From NCBI GenBank assembly GCA_042216015.1, contig JBDGUI010000011.1, positions 1 through 64,000 of the forward strand: DNA of 64,000 nt, in the 5' to 3' direction. Below are positions 1 through 9,525 of this stretch, in pieces. The notes below the pieces were generated by a model that saw only the letters and a program-made list of their open reading frames with translations, was not told where the DNA came from and ran no database searches. Every line of letters starts with the position of its first letter. Position 1 is the stretch's first letter. The position numbers were made by a program, and so were the translations under genes. The stretch comes from Halodesulfurarchaeum sp. GTDB taxonomy: Archaea > Halobacteriota > Halobacteria > Halobacteriales > Halobacteriaceae.

Positions 1-22
1 GGTTCGAATCCGGTCCCACGCA
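1..22 (+). tRNA. 3' end of a tRNA, probably tRNA-Leu (cut by window start)
   Basis: GGTTCGAATCCGG T-arm followed by TCCCACGC-A acceptor strand and a T-run. Matches my recollection of the haloarchaeal tRNA-Leu(GAG) 3' end; the anticodon is outside the window. Confidence 0.75.
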
Positions 23-215
23 TTTTCAGGGACTCTCGCCGTTGAGGGGCGCTTGGGCCCCGAAACGCGAGATCGCGGTCGGAAAGGCGGTCACCGGATG
101 CGAGCCCTGGAAATCGAATGGAGAGAGATTTCCTCCGGTTCGAATCCGGTCCCCCCGTCCCACTTTTTCTGAGCGGAGGGACCACACCCGCTCGAGAAAC
201 TGTGGAGAAAAAGCC
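23..215 (+). repeat. tRNA-trailer structured element, copy 1
   Basis: 17-bp direct copy of the tRNA 3' end at 137-153, inverted T-arm copy at 93-106, and blocks shared with the element downstream of tRNA-Val (ATTTTCAGnGACTCTC; GAGATCGCGGTCGGAAA). Confidence 0.8.
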
Positions 216-933
216 CGCTCGCGGTTGTCGCGGATCGGATGTGGTCGAATCCAATCTTCTGTGGACCAGAAGAGTCCCCTGCGGCTTCGTGACGACAGTT
301 TCGCTCAGATCTCCGCTGAAATAAAAAGCGAAACCGGGGTATCGGGTTTGAAAAATAGACCCAGCGGATTTTATTGGAAGACAGAGACCACCTACACATA
401 TTGCCACTCACCTGCCCACCGAGAACCCCCGCGGCCCGAGAGGACACTGCAAAGGACTGTTCTGGGAGTCATGAACGCCCTCGACGTGACGAAGACCGTC
501 GAACCGAAATGACTGATGGCGACGCTCCGCCAGTTCGGCGCGATCGTCTCGTTTTCGTCTCGGGGTCACGCTCTTGGCTCCCAGTCGTATTAGAGGGTCT
601 TCTCGGCCGGCGAGATGGCGGTGTTCGGCGTCGTGTTCGTCCCCGGGCGTCGGTGCCCGGTTGAACACGATCCTGATCCTCAAGCGCGACTACGTCACGC
701 CGGTCGAGGACATAAAGCGGGTCGCCGATCCCGTTCGAGCGCGAGTCAAAGCGCAGAGGCGAGGAGTTCGAGTTCGGCGACGCGAGTCGGGACGCCGAGG
801 GAGGGCCGACGGCCTCACAGGATTTGAGCGCCTGGGCGCCTCCATGGAGTGAGAATCGATTGCCACCGACGGGCACGGGTACGAGTAGCTCCCAAGCGGA
901 TTATTGAAATGGACTGATCCTATACGGGGGAGT

Positions 934-1446
934 ATGGCCAAATATTCCACCGGCGGCACTGACCGCGGTGGCGATGGCGGAACCTGTGAACTCTGCGGGA
1001 CCGCCACCGACGACCTCGAGCGGGTGACCGTGGAGGGGGCCACGCTCTCGGTCTGTGGTGACTGTGCCGCGCTCGGGGAGGGGCGGAGTGGGGAATCGAG
1101 TTCCGGGAACAGTGGCGCCGACGGACGGGAATCACGGGGGAAGCGGGCCGCCCGCAACACGGCAAAGGCGATGGACGCCGTCGCCGGGGATTCGACCCAC
1201 TGGGAGGAGGAGGGGACCGAGTACGAGACGGACCGACTCCCCTATCTCGTCTCCGATTACGGCGATCGCGTCCTCGGGGCCCGGCAGGAAGCTGGCTATC
1301 AGCGCGAGGAACTCGCTGACGAACTCGGCATCGACGAAAACGAGCTGCTCGCGGTCGAACAGGGACGGGCGACCTCCGCCTCCGTTGGGGGATCGGTCAT
1401 CCGCGCCCTGGAGACCGAACTGGACGTGGACTTGATTGAGGAGTGA
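934..1446 (+). CDS. aMBF1-like Zn-ribbon + HTH protein
   Basis: CELCG...CGDC Zn ribbon and C-terminal Cro/HTH_3-type helix-turn-helix (ARQEAGYQREELADELGI). Confidence 0.85.
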   Translation: MAKYSTGGTDRGGDGGTCELCGTATDDLERVTVEGATLSVCGDCAALGEGRSGESSSGNSGADGRESRGKRAARNTAKAMDAVAGDSTHWEEEGTEYETDRLPYLVSDYGDRVLGARQEAGYQREELADELGIDENELLAVEQGRATSASVGGSVIRALETELDVDLIEE

Positions 1447-1493
1447 TCCGGCGACCGACCCGTTTTTCACGAATCGCCGGCTTCCGCACAGGT

Positions 1494-2690
1494 ATGGCAG
1501 GCTCACGAGGCCCGAACGAACCCTCCATCACCCAGTTCGAGGCGACCGTCGAGGCAATCGAGGGCACTGACGTCCGACTCTCTGGCACCTACTTCTACCC
1601 GGAGGGAGGTGGACAACCGGCCGACCGCGGAACGATCGAGGGGATACCAGTCGAGGACGTGCAATCGAGAAACGGCGACGTGATACACACCCTCGAAACG
1701 GAGCCGGGCTTCGAGGCGGGCGAAACGGTCGGGGCGATCGTCGACGAGGACTTTCGCACCTACGCGATGCGAGCCCACACCGCGAGTCACGTGCTTTACG
1801 GGGCCGGGCGCCGCGTCCTTGCGGACGTCGGCTATGGGGGGTTCGACATCGGCGAGGAGAAGGTCCGGGTGGACTTCGAGACCTCGACGCACGTCGACGA
1901 CGATCTGCTCGTCGAACTCGAACGCCTGACGAACCGTGCCGTCTGGGACTCCCGCGAGGTGACCTGGGAGGAACTGCCACGCGAGGAGGCACTGGCACTC
2001 GACGACATCGCGTTCAACACCGCCACCGAGGAGGGCGTCATGGCCGAGGCCGATACCGTCCGGGTCGTGACCGTCGAGGGGTGGGACGTCGGAGCCTGCG
2101 GAGGCACCCACGTCTCGAACACGCGGGAGGTCGGGCCAGTTACGGTGCTCGACCGCTCGAACCCGGGCGAGGGGCTCACGCGGATCGAATTCGCGGTCGG
2201 TCCGTCGGGGATCGAACGACGGGCAACGGAGGGTCGCGCGCTCAGGCGCGCGGCCGCAGAGGTCGGCACGCAGATCGAAGACCTCCCGGCGGAAGTCAGG
2301 CGGCTCCAGTCGGAAGTCGAGACCCTCGAGACCGAACTCGAGTCCTACAGGGACGCCGCCCTCGCCAGGGAATTGGAGGCAATGGAGACAACCAGCGACT
2401 GGCAACTCGGCGTTCTCGATGGCTATGACGCCACCGACGTGGGCGACCGGATGCAGGATCTCGTCGGAGAGCAAGCACCGGTCATGGCCGTGACCGGGGG
2501 AAACGGCCGACCGTTCGTGGTCGTCGCGACGGACGGGTCAGTCGACGCCGACGAGGTCGTCGCAGCAGTCACCGAGGAGTTCGGCGGCGGAGGCGGGGGA
2601 GGCTCGACCTTCGCCCAGGGAGGAGGCCTCGACGCGTCTGCGGAAACCGTCCGTGACTTCCTCGCCGAGCTGGCCGAAAGTCGAATATAA
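1494..2690 (+). CDS. alaX: AlaX alanyl-tRNA editing protein with C-terminal DHHA1 (C-Ala) domain
   Basis: FYPEGGGQPAD, HTASH and CGGTH Zn motifs, C-terminal GGGGG..FAQGG; no aminoacylation domain. Confidence 0.9.
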   Translation: MAGSRGPNEPSITQFEATVEAIEGTDVRLSGTYFYPEGGGQPADRGTIEGIPVEDVQSRNGDVIHTLETEPGFEAGETVGAIVDEDFRTYAMRAHTASHVLYGAGRRVLADVGYGGFDIGEEKVRVDFETSTHVDDDLLVELERLTNRAVWDSREVTWEELPREEALALDDIAFNTATEEGVMAEADTVRVVTVEGWDVGACGGTHVSNTREVGPVTVLDRSNPGEGLTRIEFAVGPSGIERRATEGRALRRAAAEVGTQIEDLPAEVRRLQSEVETLETELESYRDAALARELEAMETTSDWQLGVLDGYDATDVGDRMQDLVGEQAPVMAVTGGNGRPFVVVATDGSVDADEVVAAVTEEFGGGGGGGSTFAQGGGLDASAETVRDFLAELAESRI

Positions 2691-2756
2691 TCCCCCCCGC
2701 GTACGGACTGACATGCACGAAAAGCGTCGAGAACCGGGCTCGCCGGGGTGGCCGTG

Positions 2757-2906
2757 ATGCCCTGGGGCGTCCACAGCGAGTACGGCGACGACGGGGGTCC
2801 GGAGGTCGAAATCGACGAGGACCAGGAGGACGTCGAGCGGGGCGAGGAGGGGGCGGAGCGAACCGAGTCCTTCGACGTCGAGGACGCGCTGTCCCGACTC
2901 GAGTGA
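2757..2906 (+). CDS. Small acidic hypothetical protein (49 aa)
   Basis: ATG..TGA frame MPWGVHSEYGDDGGPEVEIDEDQED...DALSRLE with haloarchaeal codon style (GAG/GAC); below the ORF-track length cutoff. Confidence 0.5.
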   Translation: MPWGVHSEYGDDGGPEVEIDEDQEDVERGEEGAERTESFDVEDALSRLE

Positions 2907-2943
2907 GCGTGTTTTTATGCGGTTCCGGCCCGGAGTGACGGGT

Positions 2944-3717
2944 ATGACCACCGTTGCGGACGTGCGAAACTGGCCCGGTGAGCGTCCGCTCACGATGCTC
3001 ACCGCCTACGACGCACCGACGGCCCGGATCGTCGAGGAGAGCGGCATCGACGTGATCCTCGTCGGCGACAGCCTGGGCAATTCGGTCCTGGGATATGACT
3101 CGACGATTCCGGTCACCCTCGAGGAGATGCACAGCCACACTGCCGCCGTCGTTCGGGCGACCGAGGACGTCCCGGTCGTCGCGGACATGCCCTTTCTCTC
3201 CTATGGCGCGGCCGAAGGCGAGAGCGTCGAAAACTGCGGGCGAATGGTCAAAGAGGGCGGTGCCGACGCCGTCAAACTGGAAAGTGGCCCCCATACGGTC
3301 TCGCTCACCGACCGGCTGACTGACATGGGGGTCCCCGTGATGGCCCACGTGGGCACGCGGCCCCAGCACACCCACCAGCAGGGTGGGCTCGGGAAGGCGG
3401 GGACCACACAGGAGGAAGCAGCGGAAATCGCGCAGATTGCGGCCGAGCACGAGGCTGCAGGTGCCTTCGCGGTCGTCGTCGAACACGTGCCAGCCGCCCT
3501 TGGGAGGGCCGTCACCGACGCGATCAACGTGCCGACCATCGGGATCGGGGCCGGGCCCGACACCGATGGCCAGGTGCTGGTCCTCGCGGACGTTCTCGGA
3601 TTGTCCGAGGAGATACCACCCTTTGCCGAGCGATTCGCTGACGTGGCCGGCGAAATGCGTGAGGCCGTCGAGGGCTATCGCGCGGCGGTTGATCGGGGGG
3701 CGTTTCCCCGAGACTGA
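2944..3717 (+). CDS. panB: 3-methyl-2-oxobutanoate hydroxymethyltransferase
   Basis: MLTAYD, ILVGDSLG, ADMPFLSY, AVKLE, IGIGAGPDTDGQVLV motifs. Confidence 0.97.
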   Translation: MTTVADVRNWPGERPLTMLTAYDAPTARIVEESGIDVILVGDSLGNSVLGYDSTIPVTLEEMHSHTAAVVRATEDVPVVADMPFLSYGAAEGESVENCGRMVKEGGADAVKLESGPHTVSLTDRLTDMGVPVMAHVGTRPQHTHQQGGLGKAGTTQEEAAEIAQIAAEHEAAGAFAVVVEHVPAALGRAVTDAINVPTIGIGAGPDTDGQVLVLADVLGLSEEIPPFAERFADVAGEMREAVEGYRAAVDRGAFPRD

Positions 3718-3808
3718 TACGGGTGGGGGAACGTCCTGAAGCGAGTCGAATTACAACCACACCGTTAATTTTGGCCCCGTCGCCTTCTGTGGGTTATTGA
3801 CCGCAAGG

Positions 3809-3820
3809 TTTATATATAAG
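3809..3820 (+). promoter_or_regulatory. TATA box of the small-gene/cdc48 operon
   Basis: TTTATATATAAG about 25-35 nt upstream of ATG 3845, consistent with a leaderless transcript. Confidence 0.65.
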
Positions 3821-3844
3821 TATAGATTACTCTGAGTTAGTAAC

Positions 3845-4096
3845 ATGCACACCAATGCGAAGCGGCTGTCGGAGGTCCCGGTCCGCCGGGAGGCGGCCGA
3901 AACCGGAATGCGAATCGTTGCGGACCTCGGGCCGGGAGCCGAGGACGCCACGGTCGACGTACTCGAGGACGTCGCAATCGTCGTCATCGAGTCGGGTGAG
4001 GGGGTCTCACAGTTCGAAATCGACCTGCCCGAAAGTGGCGGCGCGGACACGTTTATCACGAATGGTGTCCTCACTATCGAGGTGACAGAAGCATGA
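3845..4096 (+). CDS. Small Hsp20-like/beta-sandwich hypothetical protein coupled to cdc48
   Basis: IVADLG...[11 protein letters not shown] resembles alpha-crystallin strands; ATGA overlap with cdc48. Confidence 0.75.
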   Translation: MHTNAKRLSEVPVRREAAETGMRIVADLGPGAEDATVDVLEDVAIVVIESGEGVSQFEIDLPESGGADTFITNGVLTIEVTEA

Positions 4097-6381
4097 GCGA
4101 TCGCCGCAAACTCGTCGTCAAACCTCTCAAGCAGAAGCACGCCGGACGGGGACTGGCGGCCATCGATCGACGGGCGATGGAGGAACTGAATCTCGAAAAC
4201 GGCGATTACATCGTCATCGATGGGCCGAATCAGGGCCGGGCCGTTGCCCGGGTCTGGCCGGGGTATCCAGAGGACGAGGGCGACGACGTGATTCGGATCG
4301 ACGGGCGACTCCGCCAGGAGGCAAACGTCGGCATCGAGGATCGAGTCGAGATCGAAGCGGCGGACATGAAGCCGGCCTCCGCGGTGACCATCGCACTCCC
4401 CCAGAACCTGCGAATCCGGGGAAACGTCGAGCCGATGATCCGCGAGAAGCTCTCGGGTCGTCCGGTCACCACGGGACAGACCGTACACGTCTCACTCGGC
4501 CTCGGTGGGATGGCGGCCGTCTCCGGTCAGCAGATCCCCCTGAAGATCGCCGATACCGACCCCGACGGGACCGTCGTGGTGACGGACTCGACGGAGATCC
4601 ACGTCAGCGAGAAATCGGCCGAGGAGATCGGCACCGGGACCGAGCGACCGGAGACCCAGACCCCCTCGATCACCTACGAGGACATCGGCGGCCTCGACGA
4701 CGAACTCGAGCAGGTCCGGGAGATGATCGAGTTGCCGATGCGCCACCCGGAACTCTTCCAGCAGCTCGGCATCGAGCCCCCGAAGGGAGTGCTCCTCCAC
4801 GGCCCGCCCGGAACGGGAAAGACCCTCATCGCCAAGGCGGTCGCGAGCGAGATCGACGCCCACTTCCAGACGATCTCCGGGCCGGAGATCATGTCGAAGT
4901 ACTACGGCGAGAGCGAGGAACAGCTCCGGGAGGTCTTCGAGGAGGCCGAGGAGCAGGCCCCGGCGGTCATCTTCATCGACGAGATCGACTCGATCGCCCC
5001 GAAGCGTGGGGAGACCTCCGGCGACGTCGAACGCCGGGTCGTCGCCCAGTTGCTCTCGCTGATGGACGGTCTCGAGGAGCGCGGTGACGTCGTGGTCATC
5101 GCGGCCTCGAACCGCGTCGACGCCATCGACCCGGCGCTCCGTCGGGGCGGCCGGTTCGACCGCGAGATCGAGGTCGGCGTGCCGGACCGCGAGGGTCGAA
5201 AGGAGATCCTCCAGGTTCACACCCGGGGAATGCCCCTCGCCGACGCCGTCGACATCGACGAATACGCCGAGAACACCCATGGGTACGTCGGAGCCGATAT
5301 CGAACAGCTATCGAAGGAAGCCGCCATGAACGCGCTGCGGCGCATCCGTCCGCAGATCGACCTCGAGGCCGACGAGATCGACGCCGAGATCCTCGAGGAT
5401 CTCACCGTCAGTGACGACGATTTCAGAGAGGCAATGAAGGGGATCACCCCCTCCGGGCTCCGCGAGGTCTTCGTCGAGATCCCGGACGTCACCTGGGAGG
5501 AGGTCGGCGGCCTCGAGGACACGAAAGAACGGCTCCGGGAGACCGTCCAGTGGCCCCTGGAGTTCCCGGAGGTCTTCAAGCGGATGGACCTCGAATCGCC
5601 CCGCGGCATCCTGCTCTACGGGCCGCCCGGAACGGGGAAGACCCTGCTCGCGAAGGCCGTCGCCAACGAGGCCAAGAACAACTTCATCTCGGTGAAGGGG
5701 CCAGAACTCCTCAACAAGTACGTCGGGGAAAGCGAGAAGGGGGTCCGGGAGATCTTCGAGAAGGCCCGTCAGAACGCTCCGGCGGTGATCTTCTTCGACG
5801 AGATCGACGCGATCGCCGGCCAGCGGGGCCGCCAGATGGGCGACTCCGGCGTGGGCGAACGGGTCGTCTCCCAGCTCCTGAGCGAACTCGACGGCATCGA
5901 GTCCCTGGAAGACGTGGTCGTCATCGCCACCTCGAATCGGCCCGATCTGATCGACGACGCCCTCGTCCGACCGGGCCGACTCGACCGGCATATCCACGTC
6001 CCCATCCCGGACGAGGAGGCCCGACGGGCCATCTTCGAGGTCCACACCGAGCACAAGCCACTCGCGGAGAGCGTGGATCTCGACGATCTGGCTGCGCGGA
6101 CCGAGAACTACGTCGGGGCCGACATCGAGGCCGTCTGCCGCGAGGCGACGATGCAGGCGACCCGGGAGTTCATCAATAGCGTCGATCCCGAGGAGGCCAC
6201 CGAGAGCGCCGGAAACGTTCGGGTGACCGCCGAGCACTTCGAACACGCCCTGCAGGAGGTCTCCCCGTCGATCGACGAGGAGGTGAAGCGACGCTACGAG
6301 GAACTCGAGGAGCACTTCGATAAGGCCCGCCAGGAACCCAGCTCCGCCACCGAAGAGGGATTCGGTCGCACGTTCCAGTAG
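4093..6381 (+). CDS. cdc48: CDC48/p97/VAT-family AAA ATPase
   Basis: N domain plus two AAA modules (GPPGTGKT twice, IFIDEID/IFFDEID, SRH with [15 protein letters not shown]). Confidence 0.97.
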   Translation: MSDRRKLVVKPLKQKHAGRGLAAIDRRAMEELNLENGDYIVIDGPNQGRAVARVWPGYPEDEGDDVIRIDGRLRQEANVGIEDRVEIEAADMKPASAVTIALPQNLRIRGNVEPMIREKLSGRPVTTGQTVHVSLGLGGMAAVSGQQIPLKIADTDPDGTVVVTDSTEIHVSEKSAEEIGTGTERPETQTPSITYEDIGGLDDELEQVREMIELPMRHPELFQQLGIEPPKGVLLHGPPGTGKTLIAKAVASEIDAHFQTISGPEIMSKYYGESEEQLREVFEEAEEQAPAVIFIDEIDSIAPKRGETSGDVERRVVAQLLSLMDGLEERGDVVVIAASNRVDAIDPALRRGGRFDREIEVGVPDREGRKEILQVHTRGMPLADAVDIDEYAENTHGYVGADIEQLSKEAAMNALRRIRPQIDLEADEIDAEILEDLTVSDDDFREAMKGITPSGLREVFVEIPDVTWEEVGGLEDTKERLRETVQWPLEFPEVFKRMDLESPRGILLYGPPGTGKTLLAKAVANEAKNNFISVKGPELLNKYVGESEKGVREIFEKARQNAPAVIFFDEIDAIAGQRGRQMGDSGVGERVVSQLLSELDGIESLEDVVVIATSNRPDLIDDALVRPGRLDRHIHVPIPDEEARRAIFEVHTEHKPLAESVDLDDLAARTENYVGADIEAVCREATMQATREFINSVDPEEATESAGNVRVTAEHFEHALQEVSPSIDEEVKRRYEELEEHFDKARQEPSSATEEGFGRTFQ

Positions 6382-6445
6382 ACCGGCGCTTTTCGACGAC
6401 ATCGTCCTGGCCTTCGATCAGCCAGGAAAGTGGTGGATCGACCGA

Positions 6446-7204
6446 TCAATCGATTCGCTCGGCGGCGTCCCGGTCGAGGAGGGGATCGGCGTTTTCCGTC
6501 GGCAGGTCGACGATGTCATCGCGCCTGAGATCGTAGGACTCCGCGTCGACGCCAAAAATCTCGCCCACGTCGGTCCGTATCCGGACCGTCGTTCGATCGA
6601 CGTCCTCTTCTGAGTCACGCTCCGGTTCGGACGCTTCGGATTCGACCTCGTCCTCGAGATCCGCACCCATCGCGTCCGCGGGACTCGATCCCGTCGAATC
6701 CGTCTCGGATCCCGACGTGCTCCCCGGGTCCGATTCGGATGAAGGGTCGGGCACTCCGGAATCGGCGTCCTCCCCCGTCGAGTCGGCGGACCGTTCGTTC
6801 CCGTTCTCCGGTGGCCGGTCTCCCGTGAACTGATCGAGGACCGTGGCCTTGTTCGCCTCGATGCGAGAGACGAGATCCTCGTACAGGTCCTGCTCCTCCG
6901 CGGTGAGACCGGTCGTCTCGCCACCGGATCCCGTCGCCGAGAGGGTCGCCTCGTCGACCAGTTTCCCGATCCGGCGCTGGTAGATGGCCTCGGCGATGTG
7001 TTCGGCCGTCTCGATCTCCTTGGTGAGGTCGGTCACCGTCGCGGACCGAAACGGGTCTTCGGCCTCCGCGGCGGCCTCGGAGCGTTCCTCGCGCAGGGAC
7101 TGGATGTATTCGGCGACGTCCGCGTAGAAGGATTCCCGGAGCTCCTGCAGGCTGTCGGTCGAGCGCTCCGTTCGTTGTACCCGGCGTAGCTCCGATAGAT
7201 CCAT
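6446..7204 (-). CDS. ginS: DNA replication complex GINS subunit (GinS/Gins51-like)
   Basis: Helical A-domain (IYQRRIGKLV), acidic linker, C-terminal B-domain (VRIRTDVGEIFGVD..YDL); directly downstream of priS. Confidence 0.85.
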   Translation of the reverse strand: MDLSELRRVQRTERSTDSLQELRESFYADVAEYIQSLREERSEAAAEAEDPFRSATVTDLTKEIETAEHIAEAIYQRRIGKLVDEATLSATGSGGETTGLTAEEQDLYEDLVSRIEANKATVLDQFTGDRPPENGNERSADSTGEDADSGVPDPSSESDPGSTSGSETDSTGSSPADAMGADLEDEVESEASEPERDSEEDVDRTTVRIRTDVGEIFGVDAESYDLRRDDIVDLPTENADPLLDRDAAERID

Positions 7205-7206
7205 GC

Positions 7207-8382
7207 TCACTCCTGGGCCTTCTCGGCCCATCCACGGGCCATGAGGAAGATGCCCGCGTATTCCGGTAGTTGCTGGTAGCCCGGCCGAACACTAAGGCTT
7301 TCCCCGTCGAGTTCGACCGTTCGGTCCGCCGTCACGTCCACCCCGATCTCGTGGCCACGAAACGTCTCGGGGATCGCCTCCTGGAGCGGGTCGAAATCGG
7401 TGACTTCCTCGCGAGCCAGCGGCACGACGCGCAACCCGCTGCCTCCGTGCAGTGAACCGGGGAGCCGAATGAGCCGGTGGGTGTCGGTCGTGACGGGTTC
7501 GTCGATCGCCGAGGCGTCGGTCTCGACGGCCTCCTGGACCATCGCCCTGACCACCGGCAGAAAGGCCGGATGGACGTCCACGTTCCCGGCCATGACGGCG
7601 TCGGTGTTTCGCTCGAGGACCGACAGCACGGCCTCCGCCTTCGTCTCGCCGACGCCCTGAAACTCGGTGAGGCGCTCGATCGCCGCTTCCTCCTCGAGTT
7701 CGAGGAGTTCCTCGGTGAGGGCCTGAACCCTGGAGACGACCCGACGGCCCCACCCTCCACTCGTTGGCAGTGAGCGCCGGGTGGTCGGCGTCTTCCGCCC
7801 CCGGCCGGCGACCGGTTCCTCGGTGAGCAGGGACTCGAGGGAGAGCCCACTTCCCCGCACGTACTCCACGACCTCGCGACGCTGTTCCCGGTCGAGGGAC
7901 TGGATCGACGGGTCCCTGACGTGGACGTGATAGCCCCGACCACCTGAGAACGTGATCGAAAGGTCCTCGAACCCGAAGTCGCGTTCGAGTAGATCGAGCA
8001 ACCGGAGGAGGGCATCCTTGCAGGCCGCGAGCATCTCCGCGTAGGAGTTCTCCGTTGGATTTACCCCGGGAAGGTGATCGGCGTCGAGGTCGAAGACCAG
8101 ATCCGATCCGAGCCAGCCCTTCTCCTCCATCGATTTTGCACTCGGGTCCTCGTATCGACCGGCGGAGAAGTAGACGTGACGGGGGCGCTCGCGCTCGAGA
8201 AACGCCGCGAGTGAACCAAGGTCGTGGACCGACCGGTGACGGATCATCGTCGTCCCCGATCCGCCCTTCCAGGGGATGTATCCCCATTCGCGTGCCGTGG
8301 CGTCCGGGGGTTCGGCCGGCGGCTTCCGGCGATAGAAGTCCCGGAACCGTCCCCGGAGGTACGACCGCGTTCGCTCCTCCAT
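7207..8382 (-). CDS. priS: DNA primase small (catalytic) subunit
   Basis: REWG, LVFDLDAD, FSGGRGYHVH, IDEPVTTDTHRLIRLPGSLHG motifs. Confidence 0.97.
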   Translation of the reverse strand: MEERTRSYLRGRFRDFYRRKPPAEPPDATAREWGYIPWKGGSGTTMIRHRSVHDLGSLAAFLERERPRHVYFSAGRYEDPSAKSMEEKGWLGSDLVFDLDADHLPGVNPTENSYAEMLAACKDALLRLLDLLERDFGFEDLSITFSGGRGYHVHVRDPSIQSLDREQRREVVEYVRGSGLSLESLLTEEPVAGRGRKTPTTRRSLPTSGGWGRRVVSRVQALTEELLELEEEAAIERLTEFQGVGETKAEAVLSVLERNTDAVMAGNVDVHPAFLPVVRAMVQEAVETDASAIDEPVTTDTHRLIRLPGSLHGGSGLRVVPLAREEVTDFDPLQEAIPETFRGHEIGVDVTADRTVELDGESLSVRPGYQQLPEYAGIFLMARGWAEKAQE

Positions 8383-8460
8383 TGCCAGATCCGTAGTCGC
8401 GCCCGGCGTATAAGAGGTTTCGTCCACGACCCGGGCTTGGTCGGCCCGTTGTGGGCGATT

Positions 8461-8937
8461 CTACCGGCCGAGAAGTTCGGTGAGGCGCTCGATCAGGCGT
8501 TCGCTGTCCCCCAGCCGGAGGTAGTAGGCGTCCGCGCCGTCCTCGTAGTAGTCCTCGATTCGCCTGACGGTCTCGAAGCCGAGGTGTTCGTAGAAGGCGA
8601 GGGCGTTCTGATTCGAGACCCGTGCGTGACACGAGACGCCATTCGAGTTCTCGGCGATCGCGGCGATGAGCCGTTCGCCCAGTCCCCGACCCCGATACTC
8701 CGGGTGGATGCCGAGAAAGAGGATGTACCCGTCACCGCGAGCCGCCGCGAATCCCACCATGGTGTCGTCGTCGAAGTAAGCGTGGACGGTCGCCTTCCGG
8801 TAGGCGTCCGCGAAGAACCCCCAGCGCTGTTTGAGGAGTTCCTCGGAGTCCCGGATGTGCTCCTTGAGGTCCCACGCCTCCCGGAGGTGGTCGTCCTCCC
8901 CGGGCGGGACCGTGCGGCGTTCGAGCGTGACACTCAC
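8461..8937 (-). CDS. GNAT family N-acetyltransferase (RimI-like)
   Basis: HPEYRGRGLG motif A, N..A..FYEHLGF, YYEDGADAY; GTG start inferred. Confidence 0.9.
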   Translation of the reverse strand: MSVTLERRTVPPGEDDHLREAWDLKEHIRDSEELLKQRWGFFADAYRKATVHAYFDDDTMVGFAAARGDGYILFLGIHPEYRGRGLGERLIAAIAENSNGVSCHARVSNQNALAFYEHLGFETVRRIEDYYEDGADAYYLRLGDSERLIERLTELLGR

Positions 8938-9052
8938 TACTCGTGGGTATCCAGTCCCGAAACATAATTCCACCGCCCCCACGGAGGTTGCACATGGAAA
9001 TCTTGCCCGCGAAAATCCCGGAATCGGACCAGCGTCGGCCCCGAATCCGACC

Positions 9053-9469
9053 ATGACCGGACAGTACGAACTCAGGTCTCACACCGCCGATGTCGCCATC
9101 GAGGCGACCGCTCCTACGCTCGCCGGCGTGTTCGGGGCCGCCGCAGACGGGCTCGCGGCGGCCCACGTCGACTCGATTCCGGAGGGTGGATCGACGATCG
9201 AGGTGTCCGTGCGGGCCGAGAGTCCAACCGCCCTGCTCTTTGACTACCTCGACCGGCTGATTTACGTGCGGGACGTCGAAGGGGTGCTCCCCGTCGAGAA
9301 CGATGTCACCGTCCGGGAAGCGGGGACCGAGTGGGTCGTCGAAGGGACCGCCCGTGGCCTGCCACTCTCGGGCATCGCGGCCCGGGAGGTAAAGGCGATC
9401 ACCTACTCCGAGATGGTACTCGAAGAACGCGACGGCGAGTGGTACGCCTATTGCGTCGTCGATGTCTGA
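9053..9469 (+). CDS. Archease
   Basis: HTADV N-terminal motif, EVKAITY and C-terminal VVDV; upstream of rtcB. Confidence 0.95.
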   Translation: MTGQYELRSHTADVAIEATAPTLAGVFGAAADGLAAAHVDSIPEGGSTIEVSVRAESPTALLFDYLDRLIYVRDVEGVLPVENDVTVREAGTEWVVEGTARGLPLSGIAAREVKAITYSEMVLEERDGEWYAYCVVDV

Positions 9470-9525
9470 CCGATTGTGGGTCCGGACTGCCCAAACCTTT
9501 GTACGCGGGAATCCTATTTCGAGAT

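Noticed and set aside
38..55. GTTGAGGGGCGCT resembles a tRNA-Leu(GAG) anticodon arm, suggesting a second or intron-split tRNA at 30-157
   Set aside because: No D arm or matching acceptor 5' strand could be built; treated as part of the trailer element.
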